This document shows, piece by piece, positions 28,160 to 57,534 of a stretch of DNA of 64,000 nucleotides. Position 1 is the first letter of the stretch, and every line of letters begins with the position of its first letter. The translations under genes were made by a program, and so were the position numbers. The notes below the pieces were generated by a model, which was not told the origin of the DNA, made no database searches, and was given only the letters and a program-made list of their open reading frames with translations. The stretch lies in the NCBI RefSeq assembly GCF_009914755.1, contig NC_060925.1; one strand, given 5' to 3'. Source of the DNA: the human T2T-CHM13v2.0 reference genome, Homo sapiens.

Positions 28160-29670
28160 GACATTCAATCCCAGGACTGGAGTCTAATTTTCTCTCTTCA
28201 CAAGAAAAGCCACAGAAATCTGAGAAATTAGCCTTGCTTTCACACTTAGCTTATACATCTTTTTTTTCTTTTTTATTTTTGAGACAGGGTCCCACTCTGT
28301 CACCCAGGCTGGAGTGCAGTGGCGGGGATCACCGCTCACTGCAACCTCCACCCACCAGGGTCAAGGGATCCTCCCACCTCAGGCTCCCAGGTAGCTGGGA
28401 TTACAGGCGCCTGCCACCAGGCCTGGTTAATTTTTGTATTTTTCATAGAGACGGGGTTTCACCATGTTGGCCAGGCTGGTCTCTAACTCCTGACCTCAGG
28501 TGATCTGCCCGCCTTAGCCTCTCAAAGTGCTGAGATTACAGGCGTGAGCCACTGAGCCCGGCCTCATTTTATCTTTCTATAATAATATTCAACTTAGAGG
28601 AAGAATGATTTGAGTAGCATTTAGACATTAGATGGTGAACTTCGCATTGAACAGATAATGAAAGGGCAAAATCAACTTAAAATTAGAAAAGTAGTTAGGG
28701 AGACAGGTACAACCACTCTTCTGCTTGCCCACTGACTACCAACATTATATTTCAGGTAATAATTCTCCTAGGTGCCTAAGAAGATAAACGAATTCACTCA
28801 AATATGTTATCTGCTTAACTTCTGGTTTTTGTGTGCCTGCTATAGGAAAGCACTGAGCCAAACAGAATGTAAACGGGAATGAGACAAGACTCCAACTCTC
28901 AAAAGAGAAACTGTAAATACCAATATGGATAGGACAGAATTGGGCAGTGTACTATAAATAAGGATGACACTATACCCTAAATAAGGATGATCTAGAGAAG
29001 TCCCCAGGTGGGAGAAAAAAAGACAAATCCTCCCTCTAGGCCATGAAAAGCCCACATCTAAAGACGGTCCCAGTCTAACGAAGAATGGGGCCAGGAAGGA
29101 TAAGTAGTGCGTCCTTTTCTATTTTTACTGAGTTTTGAAGGGCCCCTTCAGAGTCCTTCAGCCATGGCAATTGGTGGGTGGAGACAGGGATCAACTGTTT
29201 GGTAAATAAAGTGACTAAATGGATTTGCAAACTCATGCTCCATCCTCTTGCAGGCCTCCAAAAAGAAATGACTCAGGCCGGGCGCGGTGGCTCACGCCTG
29301 TAATCCCAGCACTTCGGGAGGCCGAGGCGGGCCAATCACTTGAGGTCAGGAGTTCGAGACCAGCCTGGCCAACATGGTAAAATAAAACCCCATCTCTACT
29401 AAAAATACAAAAATTAGCCCAGCGTGGTGGCGGACGCCTGTAATCCCAGCTGCTGGGGAGGCTGAGGCAGGACAATCACTTGAACCCGGGAGGCAGAGGT
29501 TGCAGCGAACCGAGGTCACGCCACTGCACTTCAGCCTGGGCGACGGACGAAGCGAGACTCCGTCTCAAAAAAAAAAGGCCGCGCGCGGTGGGTCACGCCT
29601 GTAATCCCAGCACTTTGGGAGGCCGAGGCGGGTGGATCACGATGTCAGGAGATCGAGACCATCCTAGCTA

Positions 29671-29898
<228 letters not shown>

Positions 29899-30049
29899 TT
29901 ATTTGTTTCACTGTTCTCACTGACAGCTTGGCTCTGGGGTCCTTACATTCGGCCTGTAACTGGAAAAATGTGTCCATCAGGCACCAGAACCCAATGCACA
30001 AAGCCAGGAACGTCCCAAACAGCTGCAGCCGAGGTTGGGATAAGGAAAC

Positions 30050-30960
30050 GAGGCTTTCCTGTCAAACTAAACCTGGCCGCCCCGGACCCCGAAGAAGCAG
30101 CCAAGAGTTAAGACGCAATCTGCATGACTGACGCACGCTCCGAGTCTCCCTCAGCAGTTCGCCAGGTTCTTGGCGCCAACACCAGACCTAGGATCCGTCC
30201 CCTGCTGGAACTATTCAGACGCGCAAGATACGTAACCAGCAGTCCTCCGCCCCGTTAAATAGTCCTGCCTAGCATGCCTCGGTGACGCACTTTTCCACCT
30301 CAGAAGTGCCTCAGCAGAAAGGCGATGAACCTCGGGGGTGCATCATCTTTCTGTTAGAATGGGAGCATGAGTTTTCTGATCATTTTCCCTTCACAGATTC
30401 CTCCGCCAGAAATCTTACTCGCGGCGCCTTCATTTCCGGGTCCGCCATTTTGTTGCCTCTGTTTCTCCACGAGGGGGGGTTAAAGGCCCCCAAAACATGC
30501 ACACATGAAAAGGGCAAAAAGTAACCGTCCTTGACAGGGAGTCTTAACTAGAGAAGGAAACGGGACTAAACTGGCGGGCTCCGTGGAAGCGTGGCCGGCA
30601 GCGTCCCGGACGAGGAGGTGAGGAGGAAAGAAGAGATGTGTGGACTCCGGGGGGCGTCAGGGCTGGAAAGGAAAGTGCCGTGAGAAGTCACACCGCTTCC
30701 CAGCCCAGCCTCGGACTTCTGGGTGCAGACCTCGCGGCTCCCCGTCACTGAAGCGGGGGCAGCGGCGGGAGGGGGACGGGGAGGAAGGGGATGCTGTCGG
30801 GAGGAAGGGGAGGGGACTGGAAGGAGGTGAAGAAGGGGGTGGGTGTAAGACCTGGGGCTGGGGAGCTGGACCAAGGGAAGCCCAGGCCGCGGAGGTGACC
30901 ACTAGGGGGCGGCGCGGAGCCGGGGCCGAGGCCTGTCGCCGAGGCTGAGTTTGGCCCCCT
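30050..30960 (+). promoter_or_regulatory. GABPB2: GABPB2 CpG-island promoter with ETS-like ATTTCCGG (30432-30439), YY1 CCGCCATTTTG (30442-30452) and TGACG half-CREs
   Basis: CpG density plus motif matches, ahead of the first donor site. Confidence 0.78.
30440..30617 (+). other. GABPB2: GABPB2 non-coding exon 1 (TSS approximate)
   Basis: Donor GAG|gtgagg at 30617/30618, followed by a G-rich intron start. Confidence 0.65.
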
Positions 30961-31928
30961 GCCCCAAATTGGTTCCCATCTTTCAGACAGACATTGGTGT
31001 GAGGAACTGTAGGGTTTATGATAGAGAGGGAAACGGCGACTCTCATTATCTGACCCTAATAATGACCTGAAAGATTACTAGTGAACTCGGTAATCTGAAT
31101 GAGAGCAGTACGGGCCCCGCCTCTGCTTTTTTGCTCTTTTTTTTTTTTTTTTTTTTTTCAAAACTGAGTCTTGCTCTGTCACCCAGGCTGGAGTGCAGTG
31201 GCGCGATTTCGGCTCACTGCAACCTGCAGCTCACTGCAACCTCCGCTTCTCGGGTTCAAGCGATTCTCCTGCCTCAGCCTCCCGAGTAGCTGGGATTACA
31301 GGCGTGCGCCACCATGCATGGCTAATTTTTGTATATTTTTAATAGAGACGGGGTTTCACCATGTTAGCCAGGCTGGTCTCGAACTCCTGACCTTAGGGGA
31401 TCCCCCCGCCTTGGCCTTCCAAAGTGCTGGGATTGCAGGCGTGAGCCACGGCTCCCGGCCTCGCCTCTGCTTCTTTCACAGTTGTTTGTACAGCTGGCCG
31501 CCCAGTGGGGACTTGAGCAATACTAAAAGAACCATAGATTCTTCCATTGCAATTCTTTCCGTTGGCTGTCTCCTGTTTTCACATACTTCCTTGAGCCAGA
31601 GGTCATCCCATTCCTCTCCCTTTTCCCAAAAGGGCTTTCTCTCTAGGGGGTCCCCCCCAACCCAACGTCTTTGGAAAAGGACAGTCTATGGCTTACTATC
31701 AACGATGTAACAAAATTTTGGCCATCCAAGACCATATTTTCATCTAATCACTTGGTCCACCCAATCCAGTAGAGATGTTCTTAGGCATGTATTTTCACAC
31801 GTGCTTTGATGACAATAAAGAGAAAACTGCCCCATCCAGATTCTTAAATAAACAAAAGTAATTACTCTAATTATCTTGGATAATAGAGTACTTTGTTGTC
31901 AAGAGCTCAAGCACTTCATGAATTATTA

Positions 31929-32561
<633 letters not shown>

Positions 32562-33295
32562 TTATCCAGTCCCCTATTGATATATATTTAGGTTCTTTTC
32601 AATCTTTTTATTTCTTTTTATTTTTAGTTTTGCTTTTAGAGACAGGGTCTTGCTCAGTACTTTATCCCATCCCCTATTGACATATATTTAGGTTCTTTTC
32701 CATCTTTTTTTATTTTTTTGTTTTTAGAGACAGCGTCTTGCTCAGTCACCCAGGCTGGAGTGCAGTGATCATAGCTCATCGCATCCTTGAACTCCTGGGC
32801 TTAAGCTATCCTCCCGCCTTAGCCTCCTGAATAGCTAGGACCACAGGTATGGGCCACCACACCCTGCTAATTTTTTTATTTTTGTATTTTTGTAGAGACA
32901 GAGTCCCTCTGTGTTGTCCCGGCTGGGATCAAATTCCTGGCTTCAACTGATCCTCCTGCTTTGGCTTCCCAAAGCACTGGGATTTATTTTATTCATCTCC
33001 AAAATCCTAGAAGGCAAGTGAGACAGATTTTGTTTCCTCAGTTTATGTATAGGGAAAGTGGAGGTACAGCCAGCAAGGGAGAACATGTTAGTTGTCTGTA
33101 GTCAAGGAGTCAGAAGTGCCTAGACTGTTTTCTGATGTATCAGGCTTCATCTCTTGTCTGGTTGATGGGCCACCAGGCAGGTATTGACCACCTGCCAGAA
33201 CCAGCATGGACAAGATACTGGGAGAATGGCATATAGTTCCCCTCAAAATGCTGTGTTTTTTGTTTGTTTTTTGTTGTTTTGTTTTGTTTTATTTT

Positions 33296-37350
<4,055 letters not shown>

Positions 37351-37664
37351 AAAAAAAAGAGAGGCCAGGCGCAGTGGCTCACGCCTGTAATCCCAGCACT
37401 TTGGGAAACCGAGGCAGGTGGATCACAAGGTCAGGAGTTCAAGACCAGCCTGACCAACATGGTGAAACCCTGTCTCTACTAAAAATACAAAAATTAGCTG
37501 GGCATGGTGGCACGTGCCACCTAATCCTAGCTATTCAGAAGGCTGAGACAGGAGAATCGCTTGAACCCAGGAGGCTGAGGGTGCAGTGAGCCAAGATCAC
37601 ACCATTGCACTCCAGCCTGGGCAACAGAGCAAGACTCAGTCTCAAAAAATAATAATTTTCTTTA

Positions 37665-38071
<407 letters not shown>

Positions 38072-38353
38072 TCAGGAGATCGAGCCCATCCTGGCTAACA
38101 CGGTGAAACCGTGCTTCTACTAAAAATCCAAAAAATTAGCCGGGCATGGTGGCGGGTGCCTGTAGTCCCAGCCACTCAGGAGGCTGAGGCAGGAGAATGG
38201 CATGAATCCGGGAGACGGAGCTTGCAGTGAGCCGAGATCGCGCCACTGCACTCTAGCCTGGGCCACAGAGCAAGACTCCGTCTCAAAAAAAAAATAGAAA
38301 AAAAAATTCATTTTACTTTTTCTTTTTTTGTTTTTGTTTGTTTGTTTGTTTGA

Positions 38354-38455
<102 letters not shown>

Positions 38456-39127
38456 TGAGTAGCTGGGAGTACAGGCGTGCACCACCACACCTGGCTAATT
38501 TTTGTATTTTTAGTACAGGCGGGGTAGTAAAATTTTGTATTTTAGTAGGGGCGGGATTTCACCATGTTGGCCAGGCTGGTCTCCAACTCCTGCCCTCAAG
38601 TGACCCGCCTGCCTCTGCCTCCCAAAGTGCTGGGATTACAGTCGTGAGCCACTGTGCCTGGCTACATTTTACTTTTTCTTAAGATGGATGCTTCAGGTTA
38701 ACTCAAAAGAGTAACTGAGGATAGGAGGAGAAAATAGCCTTGAAGAACGCATTTCTATATCTTTCTTATATTAGGAGGTAAATATAGCACCCTATTTACA
38801 TTCTAATCCCAAAGTTTAATTATATCTCTATATAGTAAGAAATAGGGCTTTAAAATCATGGCTTGTTGAAAGAATGGGATGACAGATTTGGGTTGGTTGT
38901 CATTTAGTAGTATTGATATGTGACAGAAAGATGATTAAAGAAGAGTGATAGGCCAGGTGCAGTGGCTCACGCCTGTAATCCCAGCACTTTGGGAGGCTGA
39001 GGCTGGCGGGTTACTTGAGGTCAGGGGTTCAAGACCAGCCTGGCCTAACCTGGTGAAACACTGCCTCTACTAAAAATGCATAAATTAGCCAGGCGTGGTA
39101 GTAGGTGCCTGTAATCCCAGCTACTCA

Positions 39128-39232
<105 letters not shown>

Positions 39233-39301
39233 TCAGTAAATAAATATATAAATACGATAAATGTAGATATGAAAGCAGACTACAGTATAAAACACTGCTC
39301 A

Positions 39302-39907
<606 letters not shown>

Positions 39908-39910
39908 TCA

Positions 39911-40204
<294 letters not shown>

Positions 40205-40205
40205 C

Positions 40206-40244
<39 letters not shown>

Positions 40245-40533
40245 AATAAAAAGGGTTTAGGCCAGGTACAGTGGCTCACGCCTGTAATCCCATCACTTTG
40301 GGAGGCCAAGACAAGCAGATCACTTGAGGTCAGGAGTTCAAGACCAGCCTGGCCAAGATGGTGAAACCCCATCTCTACTAAAAATACAAGTATTAGCTGG
40401 GCATGGTGGCGTGGCACCTCTAATCCCAGCTACTCGGGAGACTGAAACACAAGAATCACTTGAACCCAGGAGGTGGAGGTTGGAGGTTGCAGTGAGCCGA
40501 GATTGCGCCACTGCACTCCAGCCTGGGTAATAG

Positions 40534-46320
<5,787 letters not shown>

Positions 46321-46484
46321 GCCTAACGAGATCAGTGTTTAATCAGTGAAAGCTTGTTCTTAATTTTTTTTTTTTGAGTCAAGATCTGGCTCTGTTGCCC
46401 AGGCTAGAGTGCAGTGGTGCAATCTCAGCTCACTGCAACCTCCACCTCCTGAGCTCAAGTTTTCCTCCCACTTTAGCCTCCTGA

Positions 46485-46884
<400 letters not shown>

Positions 46885-47023
46885 TAGGCTGGTCTCAAAC
46901 TCGTGAGCTCAAGTAATCCTCCTACTTTGACCTCCCAAAGTGCTGGGATTACAGTCCCAAGCCACTGCACCCCTCTTTGTCTCCTTAAATTTTAAGCATG
47001 ATTATATGATTACACGATAGTCA

Positions 47024-47227
<204 letters not shown>

Positions 47228-47879
47228 TCAGGAGGCTTAGGCAGGAGAATTGCTTGAACCCGGGAGGCAGAGGTTGCACTGAGTCAAGATCACACCACTG
47301 CTCTCCAGCCTGAGCAATACAGCGAGACTTAGTCTCAAAAAAAAAGAGAGTTACAGTTTTATTTGGAAACCTTGATGTGTCCTGTTTCATTGTGCTATCC
47401 AAAGACCTACAAACCTCCAGAGAGAGCAGTTAGTTGCTAATAAGGGCTCTCATAATTTCCATCAAGCAGTAGTTTCACAGATGGGCATCCACCTTGCTCC
47501 CTTCCTGGAGATCAAAGTACATACTTTATTATTTTATATTATGTTCCTTAAAATAATATTGTACCCTTCTTCATTTCAGGGGAATGAAATGGTGTTTTAT
47601 CGATTCCTTAAACTAGAAAGGTCGTAGTGTGTTGCAGATATTTCCAGAGTATTTTTCTGGGGATTGAAAGTGATAGAACTATGTATTAGGGCTTGAAACA
47701 TTCCCAAATATTTTATTGTTTGTGTTAGACGAGGTAGAAAGGAAGTGACCTACCAGACAGTCAACTTGAGATGTATCTTATATACATTCAAATATAAGAA
47801 GTCTTCTAAAAAATGTATTGGCGGCTTTCCTTATGTTCGAGTTATAGCTACCTGAAAACTTTTGTTCCTATGCATAAAG

Positions 47880-47987
47880 ATGTCTTTGGTGGACTTGGGA
47901 AAGAGGTTGCTAGAAGCAGCAAGAAAAGGCCAAGATGATGAAGTGAGAACGTTGATGGCAAATGGCGCCCCATTCACCACAGACTGG
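47880..47987 (+). CDS. GABPB2: GABPB2 exon 2 ([36 protein letters not shown])
   Basis: GABP-beta N-terminus. The ATG sits directly after the acceptor AG. Donor TGG|gtaagc, 108 nt. Confidence 0.95.
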
Positions 47988-48353
47988 GTAAGCTTAGAGG
48001 AGAGGTCTCTTAATTATTTCCAATGTATGCTTTTACCAACATTTTTCTTAAAGGCTAACAGACTATTGGTTTTTCTTCACTCCCTTTCTACCTCATATCC
48101 CTTACAAGAGTTTTATTTTCTTTGTCTCATCTGAATATGTGGTTTTCTTTTTCTTTTAGTTTTCCAAATTGAGAGTCTCCTGTGGATATATAGGTGATAA
48201 TTGTAAGGTATTATATACTTGTGATTTTCTATAATGTTTTTTAGAGTATTTTCTAAAGGTTTAACTGTCTCTGGAGTGTACTTGGGTTATAGGCTTCTGT
48301 AATTAGCTAGAAATTAAACAAAATCAATATAATAAGAATGCATTCCTAGACTA

Positions 48354-48698
<345 letters not shown>

Positions 48699-49296
48699 CT
48701 AGCTGTTTTGTTTCCTTTACCACTGTTCAAAAAACATTAAAGAGGAAGGTGTAATTTAGCCTCAACCATCTTGGAGACCAAAGACTTTCAGAAGAAACAG
48801 GTCCAAGTTATAATGTGGGCTTTCTTAGCAGTCACAGATTTTGTACACATTGCCTAATTTTAACAATTTCAATGAATGAGTGACCTCTATTCTGGACTGA
48901 TTAATTGAGAGGCCAACAGATTATTAGCATTTCACAAAAAGAAAGAAAAGGAAACCCATGAAATTAGCATTTCTATAAATAGACCTGGAAAGAACAATGT
49001 GAATTAAATTCAGTCAGGCAGAGAGGCTAAATATATGAAAAAGCAAAGAATAAACTAAACAGGCTTAAAATAAAGAGCATAACAAAAAGAAGGGAATAGA
49101 GCTCTGGCCAAAGTGGATGCTGATAGATAACTCTTACAAGATTTACACTGGGATGACAGACTTACTTATTGCTGTTGATACATCATTGCTAAATTTTTAT
49201 TGCGTCTTCATCTCATCATTCATTTTGCCCTGCTTTACTGTGGCAAAAAACTTTTCTTCCAGTCAGTCAAATTTGTACCTCAAATTCCACATGTAA

Positions 49297-49518
<222 letters not shown>

Positions 49519-50095
49519 TAAAGTCACGTCCTTTAGGGAATCTTAACTGATAAATCCACCTGACATAAAGCCATTATACTTAGTACTTATTCAATGGGTG
49601 GTATATTTATTTGTCCATTAGCATGTTAATTTTTTTTTTTTTTTTGAGACGGTGTTTCACTCTGTCGCCCAGGCTGGAGTGCAGTGGCACAATCTCAGCT
49701 CACTGCAACCTCTGCCTCCCAGGTTCAAAGCAATTCTCCCTGCCTCAGCCTCCTGAGTAGCTGGGATTACAGGTGCCCACCACCACGCCTGGCTAACTTT
49801 TTTTGTATTTTTTAGTTGAGACGGGGTTTCACCATGTTGGCCAGAAGAGTCTTGAACTCCTGACCTCAGGTGATCTGCCCACCCTGGCCTCCCAAAGTGC
49901 TAGGATTACAGGTGTGAGCCAGTGCACCTGGCCCCTGGCCTTTAATTTGTAAATTTAAGCATTTTTTCAGTTTTATCTGCCCAACCAGATTCTCTCTTGA
50001 AGGACAAGAACCATAGCTTGTTCATTTGTATCTCTCCAGTAACGATCTAGGACTCTGCACACAGTGGATATTCAATGAGCATTATTTTTCCACAG

Positions 50096-50263
50096 CTTGG
50101 AACATCACCCCTCCACCTTGCAGCTCAATATGGTCATTATTCCACAGCAGAAGTACTCCTTCGAGCAGGTGTTAGCAGGGATGCCCGGACTAAAGTAGAC
50201 AGGACCCCCTTGCACATGGCTGCAGCCGATGGACATGCGCACATCGTGGAACTGCTTGTTCGG
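50096..50263 (+). CDS. GABPB2: GABPB2 exon 3 ([10 protein letters not shown]...RTPLHMAA...ELLVR), ankyrin repeats
   Basis: ttccacag|CTT acceptor, CGG|gtaaag donor, SPLH/TPLH ankyrin motifs, 168 nt. Confidence 0.96.
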
Positions 50264-50877
50264 GTAAAGCAAGAATAGGGGCAAGGTTATGTTGTTAAAA
50301 AGGCATCCACTTTCCTGTTTTCTTACTTAAATGGGTACTAGGAAATGACTTGGGAATGATTAAGTTTAGGACAGTTATAGCATTAAGTTGCATCTCCAGG
50401 AGTCTTCATGGCAGGCCGGGTGCCTATAATCCCAGCACTTTGGGAGGCCGAGACGGGTGGATCACAAGGTCAGGAATTCGAGACCAGCCAGACCAACATG
50501 GTGAAACCCCATCGCTACTGAAAAAAAGCAAAAAAAAATTAGCAGGACGTGGTGGTGCGCGACTGTAATCGCAGCTACTCAGGAAGCTGAGGCAGGAGAA
50601 TCGCTTGAACCTGGGAGGCGGAGGTTGTGGTGAGGCAAGATCACGCCACTGCACTCCAGCCTGGACAACAGAGCAAGAATCCGTCTCAAAACAAAACAAA
50701 ACAAAACAAAAAAACAAAAAAACAAAAAAAAAAGCCTTCATGGCTATGAGGAGTCTGTTTTCTTATTTATTTTTTGTTTGTTTGTTTGATTTTTGAGAAG
50801 GAGTCTTGCTCTTGTGGCCCAGGCTGAAGTGCAGTGGCACGATCTCTGCTCACCACAACCTCTGCCTCCTGGGTTGA

Positions 50878-51072
<195 letters not shown>

Positions 51073-51186
51073 TGACTGTTTTCTAATTTATTAAAACAAT
51101 TTTTTTTTTTTGAGATGAACTCTCAGCTGGGTGCGGTGGCTCACTCCTGTGTCTCCAAAAAAAAAAAAAAAAAAAAAAAAAGATGA

Positions 51187-52026
<840 letters not shown>

Positions 52027-52877
52027 TGATCCACCCGCCTCAGCCTCCCAAAGTGCTGGGATTACAGGCGTGAGCCACCGCACCCAGCCATTTTTTTAAA
52101 ATCATATTTAAAAAAAAAATACAGATGAGATCTCACTACGTTGACCAGGCTGGTCTCAGACTCCTGGCCTCAAGTGATCCTTCCATCCTCAGCCTTCCAA
52201 AGTTCTGGGATTACAGGCATGAGCCATTGCTCCCAGCCTAGTTTTCCAATTTATTATTATTATTATTAATGGTTTTTGTTTTTTTTTTTTTGGAGACGGT
52301 GGTCTCACTCTGTCACCCAGGCTAGAGTGTGGTGGTGCAGCCTCCACCTCCCAGGCTCAAGAGATTCTCCTACCTCAGCCTCCCCTTTAGCTGGGACAAC
52401 GGGCATGTACTACCACGCCTGGCTAATGTTTTGAATTTTTTGTAGAGGCATGTTTTTTCACCATGTTCCCCAGGTTCATCTTGAACTCCTGAGCTCAAGC
52501 TTTTCTAATTTTTTAAAGGCTAAACAGACTTACTGATTTTTCTTCTTTCCGTTCCTGAAGGTATTCTCTGCACTTATGCCTATTTATTCAGGCACTTGGC
52601 TTTCTGTTAATAAATGCAACAAAAATCTGTTCTTTCTCTCTTTGTCTTCCATCTGTTTAATTTCCCATTGATGTCCTTAGAGGACCCACTCGTTGAAAGC
52701 ATTATGTCTGTCAGCATTTAGGAGAATTTGAGAAATGTTTTTCCCTTTGATATTCCTTAAATGTGATCTAGATTTGAGTACGTAATCTCTATGGAAATCC
52801 TCTGTATTTGATGATGGGATGTTGCACCTGTGCTACTATAACCGCTGTTTGTTGAAAAAAATGCTTTTCTGTGACAG

Positions 52878-53072
52878 AATGGTGCAGATGTGAATGCCAA
52901 GGACATGCTGAAGATGACAGCTTTGCATTGGGCCACAGAGCGCCACCATCGAGATGTCGTAGAGTTACTTATCAAATATGGAGCTGATGTCCATGCTTTC
53001 AGCAAATTTGATAAATCAGCCTTTGACATAGCTCTGGAGAAAAACAATGCTGAGATTTTGGTCATCCTCCAG
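52878..53072 (+). CDS. GABPB2: GABPB2 exon 4 ([19 protein letters not shown]...EILVILQ), ankyrin repeats
   Basis: gtgacag|AAT acceptor, CAG|gtgtgg donor, 195 nt. Confidence 0.96.
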
Positions 53073-53508
53073 GTGTGGTTCTTTTTATACTCTCCAGAAT
53101 GTATGTTAATTGAAGTTAAGGATTTTTTTGTAGGAGCTGAATCAAAACTGAATTTTCCCTATTTTATTAAAGTAGCACTTCTAATATGTCTCAATCTTGT
53201 GACTCAGTGTCATTAGTATCTTTAAAATACAGCTATGTATAGAATATATATTTGTGTGTATATATGTATACGCATATATATTTTTTATATTTTTTATATA
53301 TATTTTTTAATATATATATTCTATAAAGCCCTGAATTAATCATGGTGATTAAAGAACCATGTTGTGGCTAGTACCAAAAACATTTATTTGGCTTTAGAAT
53401 GTCTTTTTCTCCATGAAAATTTCCCTTTCTAATTAAACTTGACTTGGGACAATATTAAAAGTTACTTGATGTTTTCTGAATATTCATCAACTGATGTGAG
53501 ACAGTATA

Positions 53509-53657
53509 CAGATGCTCCTTGACTTATGATAGGGTTACTTTGGATCCATTTATGATGAGTTTATGCAGGTGTAACCCCATCATAAGTCAGATCACTTTCA
53601 CACCATGGCAAAGTTGAAAAATTGTAAGTTGAACCCTTGTAAATTGGGGACTATCTA
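53509..53657 (+). mobile_element. MER47/Tigger5-like MITE fragment
   Basis: TA|CAGATGCTCCTTGACTTATGAT start, ...gtaaattggggactatct end, internal inverted repeat gacttatgatagggttac / gtaaccccatcataagtc. Confidence 0.6.
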
Positions 53658-53678
53658 TGAAGCTCTAAAGCATATTGA

Positions 53679-54135
<457 letters not shown>

Positions 54136-54267
54136 TGATTCTTCCTCCTCAGCCTCCTGAGTAGCTGAGATTACAGGCACCTGCCATCATGCCCAGCTAA
54201 TTTTTGTATTTTTGTAGAGACAGGGTTTCACCATTTTGGCCAGGCTGGTCTTGAACCCCTGACCTCA

Positions 54268-55395
<1,128 letters not shown>

Positions 55396-57534
55396 GTGGA
55401 GGATAAAGGAAAAGGGCAAATTCAAGAAGGAATTTAGGCCAGGCATGGTAGCTCACGCCTGTAATCCTAGCACTTTGGGAGGCCGAGGTGGGTGAATCCC
55501 CTGAGGTCAGGACTTCAAGACCAGCCTGGCCAACATGGTGAAACCTCATCTTTACTAAAAATACAGAAATTAGCTGACTTGGTCGTGGGTGCCTGTAATC
55601 CCAGCTACTTGGGTGATGGAGGCAGGAGAATCGGTTGAACTTGGGAGGTGGAGGTTGTAGTGAGCTGAGCTGAGATCGTGCCACTGTACTCCAGCCTGGG
55701 AGACAAGAGTGAGACTCTCAAAAAAAAAAAAAAAAGGAATTTCACAATATCCAGAGAATGGATAACCTGTTTCATTTGAAGCTCTTAGTCAAGGGGATAA
55801 TTATATATGAAAAACAGTCATTTCTGGCTGGGCGTGGTGGCTCAAGCCTGTAATCCTAACACTTTGGGAGGCTGAGGAGGGTGGATTGCCTGAGCTCAGG
55901 AGTTCAACGCCAGCCTGGGCAACTCGATGAAACCCTGTCTCTACTAAAATACAAAAGAAATTAGCCGGGCATGGCAGCGTGCGCCTATAGTCCCAGCTAC
56001 TTGGGAGGCTGAGGCAGGAACCCTGGAGGCGGAGGTTGCAGTGAGCCAAGATCGCACCACTGCACTCCAGCCTGGGCGACAGAGTGGGACTCCGTCTCAA
56101 AAAAAAATAAAAAGAGAGAGAGAGAGACAGAGAAAGCAAGCAAGCAAGCCATTTCTGCTGCATTTTCAGTATTTTTTTTTAATTGACAGGTGGTCTATAT
56201 ACTGGTTAGTCCCTTGAACTTTCAATTCTTTGTTTAGAGCCCTTTCATAACTGGACTTTTTAAAGTAGTGATTATGTTTGTAGAAAATTGCTTCTGAAAG
56301 TAATAAAGATAAGCTACTTTTCACCAAAATTGAACAGATATCCCTGGAAGCAAAAGTACAGCATATGGAGCGAGACTTTAAAATCTGGCACTTATTTATT
56401 TGCTTGTTATATATTCTCTCAGGAATTTTTTCAATGGCCGAATGGAACAAGTAGTTGGACAAAACTCTAGAGAATATTGTTCTCTATAGATACTCTGCAG
56501 GGATCTCTTGCTAGCACACTGACTTGTAGATAATTAATCATAAAATGTTAGTGCTGGAAATTACTTTTTAGACTATTCAGGTCAACTCCCTCATTTTTCT
56601 TTTTTCTTTTTTTGAGACGGAGTCTCACTCTGTCGCCCAGGCTGGAGTATAATGACACCAACTTGGCTTACCGCAATCTTGGCCTCCTGGGTTCAAGCAA
56701 TTCTCCTGCCTCAGCCTCCCGAGTAGCTGGGATTACAAGCACCTGCCACCACGCCCAGCTGATATTTTTGCATTTAGTAGAGACAGGGTTTCACCATGTT
56801 GGCCAAGCTGGTCTCAAACTCCTGACCTCAAGTGGTCCACCCGCCTCAGCCTCCCAAAGTGGTAGGATTACAGGCATGAGCCACCGTGCCTGGCCTGACT
56901 CCCTCATTTTTCAAATGAAAAAAACAAGATTCATAGAGGTTGATTGAATTGTCTAGAAGTTTTTGCAAATGATACACCTTTGCTTTCCTGAAGTAGGAAC
57001 AAGCTTTGGAAAGCAACCTAACAACTCTGTTGGCCTGGTCTGAAAAAAAATGGTGGTCTTAATGAGAACTCTGATCTCCCTGGGACATTGTGTACCGGAA
57101 CTAGTTATAATTGATAGAGCATTGGGATGGGAGTGGAATATGCTGTTCAGTAACTGTGTAACTAAAGCTAATAAGTGTTCTTGGGCTGGGCACGGTGGCT
57201 CAAGCCTGTAATCCTACCACTTTAGGAGGCCAAGGTGGGCGATTTGCCTGAGCCCACAAGTTCTAGACCAACTTGGGCAACATGGCAAAACCCTCTACTA
57301 AAAATACAAAAAATTAGCTGGGCGTGGTGGCGTGTGCCTGTAATCCCAGCTGCTCGGGAGGGTGAGTCATGAGAATTGCCTGAACCCAGGAGGTGGAGGT
57401 TGCAATGAGCCAAGATCGTGCCACTGCACTCCAGCCTGGGTGGCAGAGTGAGACTGTCTCAAAAAAAAAAAAAGAAAGACAGAAAAGAAAAGCTAATAAG
57501 TGTTCTGATTGAAATATCCTGCCTTGTTTGATAG

